From: Candidatus Adlerbacteria bacterium
GTDB lineage: Bacteria > Patescibacteriota > Minisyncoccia > Phycocordibacterales > SBAW01
DNA length: 36,636 bases
Direction of reading: 5' to 3'
Assembly (NCBI GenBank): GCA_043734325.1
Contig: JAYTFN010000082.1
Location: forward strand, 1 to 36,636
Notes under the pieces: generated by a model
The model's database searches: none
What the model saw: the letters and a program-made list of their open reading frames with translations, nothing else
What the model was told of the DNA's origin: nothing
In this document: piece after piece, positions 6,163 through 14,567 of the stretch
How positions within the stretch are numbered: the stretch's first letter is position 1
Layout: each line of letters begins with the position of its first letter
Program-made: the position numbers and the translations under genes

Positions 6163-8292
6163 TTATTTTTTACGAGTGCGTGGCGGTTTCTTCTTTCCAT
6201 CATTTCCCAAGAGTGTAAAAAGCTCATCGCGAATAATTGCAGCAGTCTCAAAGTCGAGGTCCCGAACAGCATCTGCCATCTGCTGTCTTTTTTCAGCTAG
6301 AAACTTTTTAGGTTCTTTTTTATATAATTCAGAGTCAACAATTAAAAGTGAATTAACCGCCTTACTGTGTTCTGAGCGCATCTCTTCTGTAATATCTTTT
6401 ATACTTTTTTTAATGGTCGTGGGAGTGATACCGTGTTTTTTGTTGTGCGCTACTTGAATGATGCGACGTCGGTTCGTCTCGCCAATGGCTTTATCAAGGG
6501 AATTTGTCATACGATCGGCATAGAGAATAACTCGACCATCGACGTTTCGCGCAGCGCGGCCAATTGTTTGTATGAGTGATGTTTCCGATCGAAGAAATCC
6601 TTCCTTGTCAGCATCTAATATTGCAACAAGCTTCACTTCAGGAAGGTCGAGCCCTTCTCGGAGAAGATTCACCCCGACAAGCACATCATACGTTCCTTTT
6701 CTAAGTTCCGTGAGTGTCGTTATGCGGTCGAGTGTCTGCACATCACTGTGTAGGTACGCGGCTTTTATGTGTCGGTCTTTAAGGTATTCAGCTAAATCTT
6801 CTGCCATTTTTTTAGTGAGAGTCGTAACCAAAATTCGACCGCCGTCGGCAATAACTTTGTCCGCTTCTTCTAAAAAATCTTGCACCTGACCACGAGTCGT
6901 GGCACCAGAAGAAACACTTTCTGCAGCGTCCCCTGGCTGATCTGCAGCGGAAGAAAGCGTTTCTTCTAGTGTCTGCTTTTTCACGCTCCCTCCCGTCACC
7001 GGTCTCACAATAATTTCCGGGTCGACAAGACCGGTCGGACGAATAATTTGTTCGACTACATTCTTTCCACTTTTCTCGCGTTCATACGGCCCTGGTGTGG
7101 CCGAGGTGTATATGACTTGTCCAACTCTGTCTTCGAACTCATGAAATTGCAGCGGACGATTATCAATTGCGGACGGCAAGCGGAATCCGTAGTCTATTAA
7201 ATTTTCTTTGCGCGCCCGATCACCAGAGTACATACCGCCAATTTGCGGAATAGTAACGTGCGATTCGTCGATAATAGTTAAGAAGTCGGGCGTACCCTCT
7301 TTCGTATGCGGAAAATATTCAAGCAGAGAAAAGGGTGGCTGGCCCGGTTTACGTCCGTCGAAGTGGCGAGAATAATTTTCAATTCCGTTGCAGTAGCCGA
7401 CCTCTCGTATAAGAGCTAAGTCATGGTTAGTGCGTCGTTTAAGCCGCTCCGCTTCAAGTAACTTCCCCGCACGCTCAAACCGTGCAAGTTGGTTCTTAAG
7501 TTCAACTTTAATTTCTTCAATAGCTTCCAGTCTTTGAGACTCAGGAGTAACGTAATGCTTTGCAGGGAATAAAAATAGAGACTCCAAACGGTCAGTTTCG
7601 GCCCGTGTTATCGCATCTATAACGCGCACGCGCGCCACAATGTCGCCTTCAAACTCGACTCGGTACAACAACCGCTCACCTGTTGGCATTATCTCTATTG
7701 CGTTGCCCAGAGCGCGAAACTTTCCCGGTTCTAAGTCGGCAGGCGTACGTTCAAAGTAAACAGCGATAAGATCACGTATCAAATCTCCACGTAATTTTTT
7801 TGCACCTACTTTTAATTCAATATGTACCTTACGATACTCTTCGGGGCTTCCAAGCGCATATATGCATGACACAGACGCAACAATTATCACATCCTCACGC
7901 GTTAAAAGTGCTTGCGTTGAAGCGTGACGAAGCCGGTCAATTTCAACGTTTATTTGTGCCTCTTTTTCAATATACGTGTCGCTGTGCGGGATATACGCCT
8001 CCGGTTGATAGTAGTCGTAATACGAAACAAAATAGTGGACCGCATTATTCGGAAAAAATTCGCGATACTCCTGGGCCAATTGCGCCGCCAATGTCTTATT
8101 GTGCGCAATAACTAACGTAGGTTTTCCTACATGGGCTATGACGTTCGCACCGGTAAAAGTCTTACCTGAACCGGTGACACCAAGTAGTGTTTGATGCCGC
8201 TCCCTTCGCTCTATGCCTTGTATAAGCAGCTCAATAGCTTTAGGTTGGTCTCCAGCGGGAGAGTGTTCGGATTGTAAGGTAAGTTTTGCCAT
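6163..8292 (-). CDS. uvrB: Excinuclease ABC subunit B
   Basis: The 709-aa ORF has helicase motifs (GVTGSGKTFT, DESH, TSATPG, QTIGRAARN) and a C-terminal UVR domain (DLDFETAAIIRDELFTL). Confidence 0.95.
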   Translation of the reverse strand: MAKLTLQSEHSPAGDQPKAIELLIQGIERRERHQTLLGVTGSGKTFTGANVIAHVGKPTLVIAHNKTLAAQLAQEYREFFPNNAVHYFVSYYDYYQPEAYIPHSDTYIEKEAQINVEIDRLRHASTQALLTREDVIIVASVSCIYALGSPEEYRKVHIELKVGAKKLRGDLIRDLIAVYFERTPADLEPGKFRALGNAIEIMPTGERLLYRVEFEGDIVARVRVIDAITRAETDRLESLFLFPAKHYVTPESQRLEAIEEIKVELKNQLARFERAGKLLEAERLKRRTNHDLALIREVGYCNGIENYSRHFDGRKPGQPPFSLLEYFPHTKEGTPDFLTIIDESHVTIPQIGGMYSGDRARKENLIDYGFRLPSAIDNRPLQFHEFEDRVGQVIYTSATPGPYEREKSGKNVVEQIIRPTGLVDPEIIVRPVTGGSVKKQTLEETLSSAADQPGDAAESVSSGATTRGQVQDFLEEADKVIADGGRILVTTLTKKMAEDLAEYLKDRHIKAAYLHSDVQTLDRITTLTELRKGTYDVLVGVNLLREGLDLPEVKLVAILDADKEGFLRSETSLIQTIGRAARNVDGRVILYADRMTNSLDKAIGETNRRRIIQVAHNKKHGITPTTIKKSIKDITEEMRSEHSKAVNSLLIVDSELYKKEPKKFLAEKRQQMADAVRDLDFETAAIIRDELFTLLGNDGKKKPPRTRKK

Positions 8293-8301
8293 AGAAAGAT
8301 G

Positions 8302-8310
8302 ATTATATCA
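8302..8310 (-). promoter_or_regulatory. Extended -10 promoter candidate for uvrB (near-leaderless)
   Basis: The minus strand reads TGATATAAT followed by CATCTTTCT and then the uvrB ATG (8292). No good -35 element was seen. Confidence 0.4.
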
Positions 8311-8380
8311 TTTTTGACTAACTTTAACTTAGTAACGTATAAAAATTTAGAATCTTAAACAAAGCACATTTTAATATTTT

Positions 8381-9670
8381 TTATTTGATTTTATATGTCC
8401 CCAAGAACAAATCTCGAAAATTCTCAAAGTTATTGTCCAAAATTGAAAGCCTGATTTTCTCCGTAAGATTCGCTAGGAAAAAAATATTATGTTGCGAAGC
8501 TAGAATCATTCCCAACATTTCTTTCGTCCGAAAAAGATGGTGAACATATGCCTTTGTATACCCCTGTGCACCGTTTGCGGGTAGGCACACCGAACACGTA
8601 CATACGGGGTCCAGTGGTGAAAAATCATCCTTGTACTGGGCGTTTGTAATCAAAATTTTTCCTTCATGCGTATATATGCCACCTGTGCGCCCATTTCGGG
8701 TCGGGAGTACACAGTCAAACGTATCCGCTCCAGCTGCTACACCGATAAAAAGATCCTCCGGTTCTGCGATACCCAGCAAATGACGAGGTTTTTCTTTAGG
8801 TAATTCGCCGTTGACCTTGTCGAGTATTCCCAAAATATCATCCTTACTAAATGACCCGCCAATACCGAAACCATCGAAATCCATACCGGCTATAGTCTTA
8901 GCACTCTGTAAGCGCAAATCTTCGAATCTGCCGCCTTGCACTATGCCATACAGCCCCTGTTCGTTATTTTTAACGCGATTATGTCTATGCGTTTGCAAAC
9001 TGCGCTCTGCCCACCTATGGGTCCGGTCCATTGCTTCTTTTTGGTAATCATAGTCGGATGCCGGTGAGGTACATTCGTCGAAAGCGTAGATAATATCCGC
9101 ACCCAGCTTGTGTTGAATTTCAATTGAACGTTCAGGCGTAAAGCGATGCATTGTGCCGTCATTGTGCGATGTGAAAGTGACCCCATCCTCGTCCACGATA
9201 GCTAACTTTCCATGACTCGTAGCCAAATCTTCGTCGTACAGAATAGGGGCAGGTACAGGATCATCTTTCTCCACTACAGGACGCAACACAGACGCTGCAA
9301 AAGCTGATACTTCCCCTGACCTTGGTGCGAACTTGGAAACCTTCTTGCCATAGCCTTCCCCTAGCGAAAAAACCTGAAAGCCGCCCGAATCGGTCATTGA
9401 CGGCCGATTCCAGTTCATAAATTTGTTCACTCCTCCAGCTTTCTCTACAAGGTCTTCACCAGGAGATAAGTACAGATGGTATGTGTTTGCAATAATGCAC
9501 TGCACACCCAGAGCAGCCAAAATGTCAGGTTGAATTCCTTTTACTGTAGCTTTTGTTGCAACAGATACAAACGCGGGAGTGTTTACACTACCGTGTCGTG
9601 TCTTTAAAACACCCGCTCGTCCGAGGGAATTAGGAATTTCTTTTTCAATACTAAACGAAATAGGACGCAT
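8381..9670 (-). CDS. tgt: tRNA-guanine transglycosylase (queuine tRNA-ribosyltransferase)
   Basis: The 429-aa ORF carries TPAFVSVATKATVKG, TDSGGFQVFSL, YGIVQGG and the Zn site CTCSVC...H. Confidence 0.93.
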   Translation of the reverse strand: MRPISFSIEKEIPNSLGRAGVLKTRHGSVNTPAFVSVATKATVKGIQPDILAALGVQCIIANTYHLYLSPGEDLVEKAGGVNKFMNWNRPSMTDSGGFQVFSLGEGYGKKVSKFAPRSGEVSAFAASVLRPVVEKDDPVPAPILYDEDLATSHGKLAIVDEDGVTFTSHNDGTMHRFTPERSIEIQHKLGADIIYAFDECTSPASDYDYQKEAMDRTHRWAERSLQTHRHNRVKNNEQGLYGIVQGGRFEDLRLQSAKTIAGMDFDGFGIGGSFSKDDILGILDKVNGELPKEKPRHLLGIAEPEDLFIGVAAGADTFDCVLPTRNGRTGGIYTHEGKILITNAQYKDDFSPLDPVCTCSVCLPANGAQGYTKAYVHHLFRTKEMLGMILASQHNIFFLANLTEKIRLSILDNNFENFRDLFLGTYKIK

Positions 9671-9707
9671 GCAAAGGAAAATCTGACAGTAGAAGCTCTT
9701 TGTAGCT

Positions 9708-10199
9708 TTACCGTGTAGGCGTGGATGCTGAAGCAGGTGTACCCGGCTTTTCTACTTTAACTAAACGCACTTCAAAAACGAGTGTGGAGTTTGCTGGTAT
9801 TGGCCCTTTTGCTTGTGCACCGTACGCAAGCCCAGGAGGAATTATCAAAAGCCGTTTACCGCCGGCCTTCATGCCCTGCAGACCTTGCTCCCAACCGGGT
9901 ATAACTCTACCTGCGCCCAGTACAAACTGTATTGGAGTTTTACCAACTGACGAATCAAATACCGTACCATCTTGGAGTTTTCCTGTGTAATCAACTGACA
10001 CAAGATCCCCTGTTTGCGCAGCTGCACCTTGCCCAACCACTTCATCTTGAACTACTAACCCGGAAGGGTTGACGGGTGCCTCGGCTGCTTGTGGTGGTGT
10101 AGAAGGCATTGTAAATGGGTTTTTAACTATAAAGAATATTGCAACAACGACCAGAGCCGCGACGATAACTATACCGGTAGTACTTTGAGTTTTAGACAT
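9708..10199 (-). CDS. FKBP-type peptidyl-prolyl cis-trans isomerase, N-terminally membrane-anchored
   Basis: An N-terminal TM segment (GIVIVAALVVVAIFFIV) is followed by an FKBP core (VSVDYTGKLQDGTVFDSS...FVLGAGRVIPGWEQGLQGMKAGGKRLLIIPPGLAYG). Confidence 0.85.
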   Translation of the reverse strand: MSKTQSTTGIVIVAALVVVAIFFIVKNPFTMPSTPPQAAEAPVNPSGLVVQDEVVGQGAAAQTGDLVSVDYTGKLQDGTVFDSSVGKTPIQFVLGAGRVIPGWEQGLQGMKAGGKRLLIIPPGLAYGAQAKGPIPANSTLVFEVRLVKVEKPGTPASASTPTR

Positions 10200-10249
10200 A
10201 CTAAATATAGTAACGAGTTATTCAAATCTCAGCAAGGGATACAAGAAAA

Positions 10250-11212
10250 TTAGTGCAAAATATTTGTGATGAACTGACTGTCAAAGGCGTCACTGGATTC
10301 AATTACCGTAGCCACTTGCTGTGCCGGCGAAGGAAGAAAATGCCTATTTGCTCCCAGACATAGAAGCGCAATTGCGGCAACAACCGCACCCCCCAATAAC
10401 ATATCACGCGCGACAATGTCCATATGTAACACAAGGGCAAGTCCAATGGTAAGCACTAATATAGTAGCTATGCCTCCTAAAATCCAGTTCATTTTCACAG
10501 GATTACTGATAAATTTAAAAGTTTCTGCTGAGACCAACTGAGCAAACGAACTTGCAAAATGCGTATAGGGAAGCGCTGCAGAGTTTTGAACCTCCACAAT
10601 CGGAGTTTTTGAAGATGCAAAATATTGTACAACAAAAGTTGCAGAATTCCCTTTGTATACACCAGTAGCTGTCCCAACACCAATATCTGAATATACAGGT
10701 TTTAAAATATTTGCTCGATGAGACGGCGAATCCATCCATGCATGTACCACGTCTTTTGACTCATTGAAGCGTACTGCAAGATTTTCACCGGCGTATAGAT
10801 AGTTGTATCCGGAAGTAGTTATCCACATCCACGGAACTGAGCCATCGGGGCTCACATGAGCAAAATATCCTTTCAAAGCCATATCAGATGCCTTTGCCTG
10901 TGCAGCAGCATTGAGCAGTGCGTTTTCATGGAGCGGGCCAAGTTGCAAACGAACTCTCTCACCATTAGTTAGGGTGACAATGTCACTTGATATAACAGCA
11001 GCAAGGAAAGTTCCATCCGATTCACGCGCAACTAAACCTGCCGCCAAAAAACCCTCAACCGCCAGACTTAAACCCAAAAAAATAATAAGTGAAGTGCGCC
11101 CAAGCATTTTAGGGCGATACGCATTTTCATGCATAGGAGTAAAATGATACCTCACTTTCTTCCACAGTTGCATACTGAATATAGTAACACGGGACATTCT
11201 CTTGGTAGACAT
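10250..11212 (-). CDS. CAP/SCP (PR-1-like, YkwD-type) domain protein with N- and C-terminal TM segments
   Basis: The CAP core reads NAAAQAKASDMALKGYFAHVSPDG...YAGENLA...VHAWMDSPSHRANIL...IGVG. The start is uncertain, with alternative in-frame Met codons downstream (for example at 11107). Confidence 0.78.
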   Translation of the reverse strand: MSTKRMSRVTIFSMQLWKKVRYHFTPMHENAYRPKMLGRTSLIIFLGLSLAVEGFLAAGLVARESDGTFLAAVISSDIVTLTNGERVRLQLGPLHENALLNAAAQAKASDMALKGYFAHVSPDGSVPWMWITTSGYNYLYAGENLAVRFNESKDVVHAWMDSPSHRANILKPVYSDIGVGTATGVYKGNSATFVVQYFASSKTPIVEVQNSAALPYTHFASSFAQLVSAETFKFISNPVKMNWILGGIATILVLTIGLALVLHMDIVARDMLLGGAVVAAIALLCLGANRHFLPSPAQQVATVIESSDAFDSQFITNILH

Positions 11213-11271
11213 TAACTGTGTTTAAAACAAGCGATTCGACGTATAGCATTAAAGGCGGTTACAATAGAGTT

Positions 11272-12039
11272 ATGCGGAAATATTTTAGTATTAGTTTACT
11301 ATTTTTAATACCTTCCTTTATATTCGCCGCTGGTTTCGCCAAGCAAGCTCTTTTCCTTTCTCAGTCAACAGTCTATGAAGGTCAGACTGTTTTTATTTAC
11401 GCAGTAGTGACAGATGATACTCCAACGTATTTTCAGGGTGAATTACGTTTTAGCGATGCAACCGAACTCATAGGCACGGTACCGGTCTCACTTAAACCAG
11501 GGCATGCAGCCACGGTGTCAGTCCCTTGGACACCTAAAGCCGGAGAACATACAATAACCGCCAAGCTTGTAACCGGTGACGATACGCAAACGGAAAATCA
11601 AAAAGCAACTTTTTATGTTAGTAAAGTTCCTTCCCCACCTCAAACATCCGCAATAGATCCACTCGTTACAAAACCAAAGGTCCAAGGCCCGCTCCCAAGC
11701 ACCGTAGATACTTCTACACCGATACTCAATAGTATTGATCGATTTTTTCCCTCCATCGCACAGTCAGTTGCACCTATGTTTTTTTCAGTTGATACATTTC
11801 GAAAAAATTCGGTTAAAAATCTAGACCAAGGTACCCTATGGTCTAAAAAAGAAATTTCTAAAGCTGCAACAGCACCAAGCGGCACTTCCAATACTCTTTG
11901 GATGATACTTTCCACCTTTGTGCTTTATATTTGCGCTTCACTCATATATTCACTTGGAAGCATCAGTATTTTTTATCCGGCAATTACAATTATTATTCTC
12001 TTATTGCTCTGGAAGACACTCAGCTGGATACGCAACTAG
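11272..12039 (+). CDS. Secreted/anchored hypothetical protein with a CARDB/Ig-like N-domain and C-terminal TM segments
   Basis: The ORF is trimmed to the ATG at 11272, giving a signal-like MRKYFSISLLFLIPSFIFAAG. A beta-rich domain (VPVSLKPGHAATVSVPWTPKAGEHTITAKL) is followed by a hydrophobic C-terminus. The function is not recognised. Confidence 0.6.
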   Translation: MRKYFSISLLFLIPSFIFAAGFAKQALFLSQSTVYEGQTVFIYAVVTDDTPTYFQGELRFSDATELIGTVPVSLKPGHAATVSVPWTPKAGEHTITAKLVTGDDTQTENQKATFYVSKVPSPPQTSAIDPLVTKPKVQGPLPSTVDTSTPILNSIDRFFPSIAQSVAPMFFSVDTFRKNSVKNLDQGTLWSKKEISKAATAPSGTSNTLWMILSTFVLYICASLIYSLGSISIFYPAITIIILLLLWKTLSWIRN

Positions 12040-12098
12040 ACATATAGCATATCTGCCCTACCGAATATTTTAAAATTATTTAAGGATCTCGCTATTAC

Positions 12099-12545
12099 TT
12101 ATCTACTTTTAGTTTTTCGAAAGTGCCAAAGAGACAAGCCAAACAGTGCCAAAGTGGTGAGAGCTGATATTGCGCAATACAAACACAAGGCGTGTATAAC
12201 AGACAACTGAATATAAAAAATAAAATATAACGACAACAGGAATCCAATACCTGTATAGATGAGCGCGCCTAGTCGCAGAGCGCGCGATTCAGGTTCATAT
12301 GCCAATAACACGGAAAGGCACAGCATGTACCCGTAATACACAAGCCCCAAGTAGGACAGAGGCACTCCCATAAATTTTGAATATATACTAGACAAAACTA
12401 TCTCGCAGCCACTAATTGCACAGGACGGAATAATATTGAGGTATTGGTAATAGGCGAGGTAAAAAACGTCACCCAGCCCAATAAACGTAGCGGCTACTAA
12501 GTAATACGGCGCTAAATATATTTTTGATGGCAATTCTTCTTGCAT
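12099..12545 (-). CDS. Vitamin K epoxide reductase (VKOR) family membrane oxidoreductase, stand-alone
   Basis: There are four predicted TM helices, a loop Cys pair with the Ser/Gly-Pro motif (CAISGCEIVLSSIYSKFMGVPLSYLG) and an in-membrane CLYC redox motif. The start codon abuts the msrA stop (TAAATG). Confidence 0.75.
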   Translation of the reverse strand: MQEELPSKIYLAPYYLVAATFIGLGDVFYLAYYQYLNIIPSCAISGCEIVLSSIYSKFMGVPLSYLGLVYYGYMLCLSVLLAYEPESRALRLGALIYTGIGFLLSLYFIFYIQLSVIHALCLYCAISALTTLALFGLSLWHFRKTKSR

Positions 12546-13076
12546 TTATTTTAAGAGATGACGAAACTTCTTTTCTACTGTATCTACTTTTGGCGCAATA
12601 ACAAGCTGGCAGTACCCGGCAGAACTATTTTTAGCATAATAATTTTTATGATAATTCTCTGCAATATAAAAAGTTTTAAGCGGCAGAATTTTCGTAACAA
12701 TAGGCTTATTATACGCTCCTTTTGAAAGAATACTAATGTAGTGTTCGGACTTTTCCTTCTGCCGTTCGTTGGTGTAGAAAATAGCCGACTGGTACTGCGG
12801 ACCCATGTCATTACCTTGTTGGTTTGGTGTTGTTGGGTCATGCGTTTCAAAAAAGACATGCAAAATTTCTTCAAACGAAAGCAAGTCCGGGTGATACTCT
12901 ATCTTAATTACTTCAATATGCCCGGTATTTCCGCCCGTCACCTCTTCATATGTTGGGTGTGTCGTATGGCCGCCGGCATATCCGGGCTCCACTGACATAA
13001 TTCCCTTAAGCATCATAAAGACTGCTTCTGTACACCAAAAGCATCCGCCCCCAAGTACAATACTTTCGTTTTCCAT
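12546..13076 (-). CDS. msrA: Peptide-methionine (S)-S-oxide reductase
   Basis: It has the GGGCFWCTEAVF active-site motif, GYAGG, the HDPT motif (FETHDPTTPNQQGND), and GPQYQSAIFY. Confidence 0.93.
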   Translation of the reverse strand: MENESIVLGGGCFWCTEAVFMMLKGIMSVEPGYAGGHTTHPTYEEVTGGNTGHIEVIKIEYHPDLLSFEEILHVFFETHDPTTPNQQGNDMGPQYQSAIFYTNERQKEKSEHYISILSKGAYNKPIVTKILPLKTFYIAENYHKNYYAKNSSAGYCQLVIAPKVDTVEKKFRHLLK

Positions 13077-13180
13077 ACAACCTATCCTACCATTTTTAGC
13101 TTTTACCTTGCTATTCAGGCGTTATATTTTGTACATAAGTCATTAAAGTAATAGCTACTACATGCACTTCATGACCAAAA

Positions 13181-13216
13181 CTTTAGCAAGGAGCTTTAGT
13201 GCTACCCTAAGGGAGT
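13181..13216 (+). repeat. 36-bp direct repeat, left copy
   Basis: CTTTAGCAAGGAGCTTTAGTGCTACCCTAAGGGAGT matches 15403-15438 at 31/36 positions in the same orientation. Confidence 0.8.
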
Positions 13217-13632
13217 GCACAAATTCAAAAACATTTGGCCCTCAAACTAGCGTTTGAGCTATGCGGCAATTCAACAGATTCAACTGATTTTCTGAACAAA
13301 CTCCTATAGGTGTGCCCGTATTCTGTTGGAGCGGTTCAATCGGACAATATGGGAAGACTTCATTATATAGAACCGATCCCTTCTACGGGATGATGTAACT
13401 GCCTTCAATGGCCTGCTGGTTGAATGGTTACTCTGGACAACATAGAGAGGCTACTTGAGTCGCTTAGTATACTCTCTCCTTTGCAATACATTGTGAGAAT
13501 AGTATGAGCATCTGAGCGCCAAATGTGGTGGACTTGTACAAACACTTGCTTTTTTCATAAATGTAGTGTTAACATGGCGCTGGATGGTCTTCTGACCTCC
13601 GTTCTTCAACACTCTTTCTAAGGAATTTCTCT

Positions 13633-14346
13633 ATGAGAAAGAACACACTTCTCGCCCTAGGCGCCTTTACATTGGCCACTGCTGCACCTATGGCGGGGGC
13701 GCAAGCGGTACCTATTTTACCTTCGCCAACTCTCCACCTTGCAGGGAGTGCCCTGACTTTCGGAAACTTCACCTGTAATGTCACCACCTCTGGTGGCGGT
13801 CTTGGAGGCCCCGCTTCCTGTAATGCCGGAGCTATCGACGTCAGTACTCCGGACTCAAACAGGCTTCGCTTCAATGCGGGATTTGCGGCTGCCGCCGGTC
13901 GCGACCAGGATGTTACAATCACTTACGACGTCAGCTCGACGTCTCCTATAGGGGAGATCGATCTGAGTTGGGACGGGGCAGTCCTCTTTGGGATGGCTAT
14001 CGGGTCCGTAACGGAAAGTGTCTACACAGATCTGGGAGGTTTGCTCGTCGGCCAATTAGTGGTGAGCTGTGATCTCAGCGGGAAGTGTGATCATGCGGAT
14101 CCCTTTTTGGAATCGAGCGATATTCCACTCAGAGGCATATTCACTTTTCTGCATATAGAGAAGGATGTTCTGCTCCTGACGGGTCCTACTGGCGGAATAA
14201 CTACCAGCTTTATCGACCAGTCATTCCATATTGCTCCGCCAACTCCAATCACAGAGCCCCACTCAAACTTGGCCCTGTTAGGTCTCGGTTTTGTAGGTCT
14301 CGGCTTGGCTCGCAACTTACGGGCGCGCGCCAAGCCAATACAATAG
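13633..14346 (+). CDS. Secreted protein with a PEP-CTERM-like C-terminal sorting signal
   Basis: The signal peptide is MRKNTLLALGAFTLATAAPMAGAQA. The C-terminus ITEPHSNLALLGLGFVGLGLARNLRARAK fits the PEP-CTERM pattern of (P)EP, then a Gly/Leu-rich TM segment, then an Arg cluster. An AAGGA RBS lies 9 nt upstream. The G+C content is visibly higher than in the flanks. Confidence 0.6.
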   Translation: MRKNTLLALGAFTLATAAPMAGAQAVPILPSPTLHLAGSALTFGNFTCNVTTSGGGLGGPASCNAGAIDVSTPDSNRLRFNAGFAAAAGRDQDVTITYDVSSTSPIGEIDLSWDGAVLFGMAIGSVTESVYTDLGGLLVGQLVVSCDLSGKCDHADPFLESSDIPLRGIFTFLHIEKDVLLLTGPTGGITTSFIDQSFHIAPPTPITEPHSNLALLGLGFVGLGLARNLRARAKPIQ

Positions 14347-14356
14347 CTAAAATCCC

Positions 14357-14388
14357 CCGCTTCCCTCAAAAGGAAGCGGCTATTTTTT
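14357..14388 (+). terminator. Rho-independent terminator of the PEP-CTERM gene
   Basis: The hairpin CCGCTTCC-ctcaaaa-GGAAGCGG is followed by CTATTTTTT. Confidence 0.75.
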
Positions 14389-14567
14389 ACTTCAATAGGT
14401 TTTTTAGGTGCGGTAGTCTCTTCTATAGAAATGGAAATAAGTCGGTTATTTATACTCTCCACGTTTCTCTGTTTCTCTAGGAGCCTCTCTTTGCAAATAA
14501 ACATTGCTTCTGTCGAATCGAATCCCACTCCTTTCGCGAAAAATCGAGTATTGTATACTGAAAGCAT

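Noticed and set aside
8314-8343. This is a plus-strand TTGACT-18-TATAAA promoter-like element pointing into the 3' end of tgt.
   Set aside because: It lies in an AT-rich divergent spacer where such hexamers occur by chance. The spacing is suboptimal and there is no downstream plus-strand gene.
10621-10680. This is a possible third in-frame copy of the palindromic element in the CAP-domain gene (peptide VYKGNSATFVV, DNA ...TTCCCTTTGTATAC).
   Set aside because: Only about 9 nt resemble the element and there is no palindrome. The peptide lies in a conserved part of the CAP fold (G.....Y.VQ.F), so it is native sequence.
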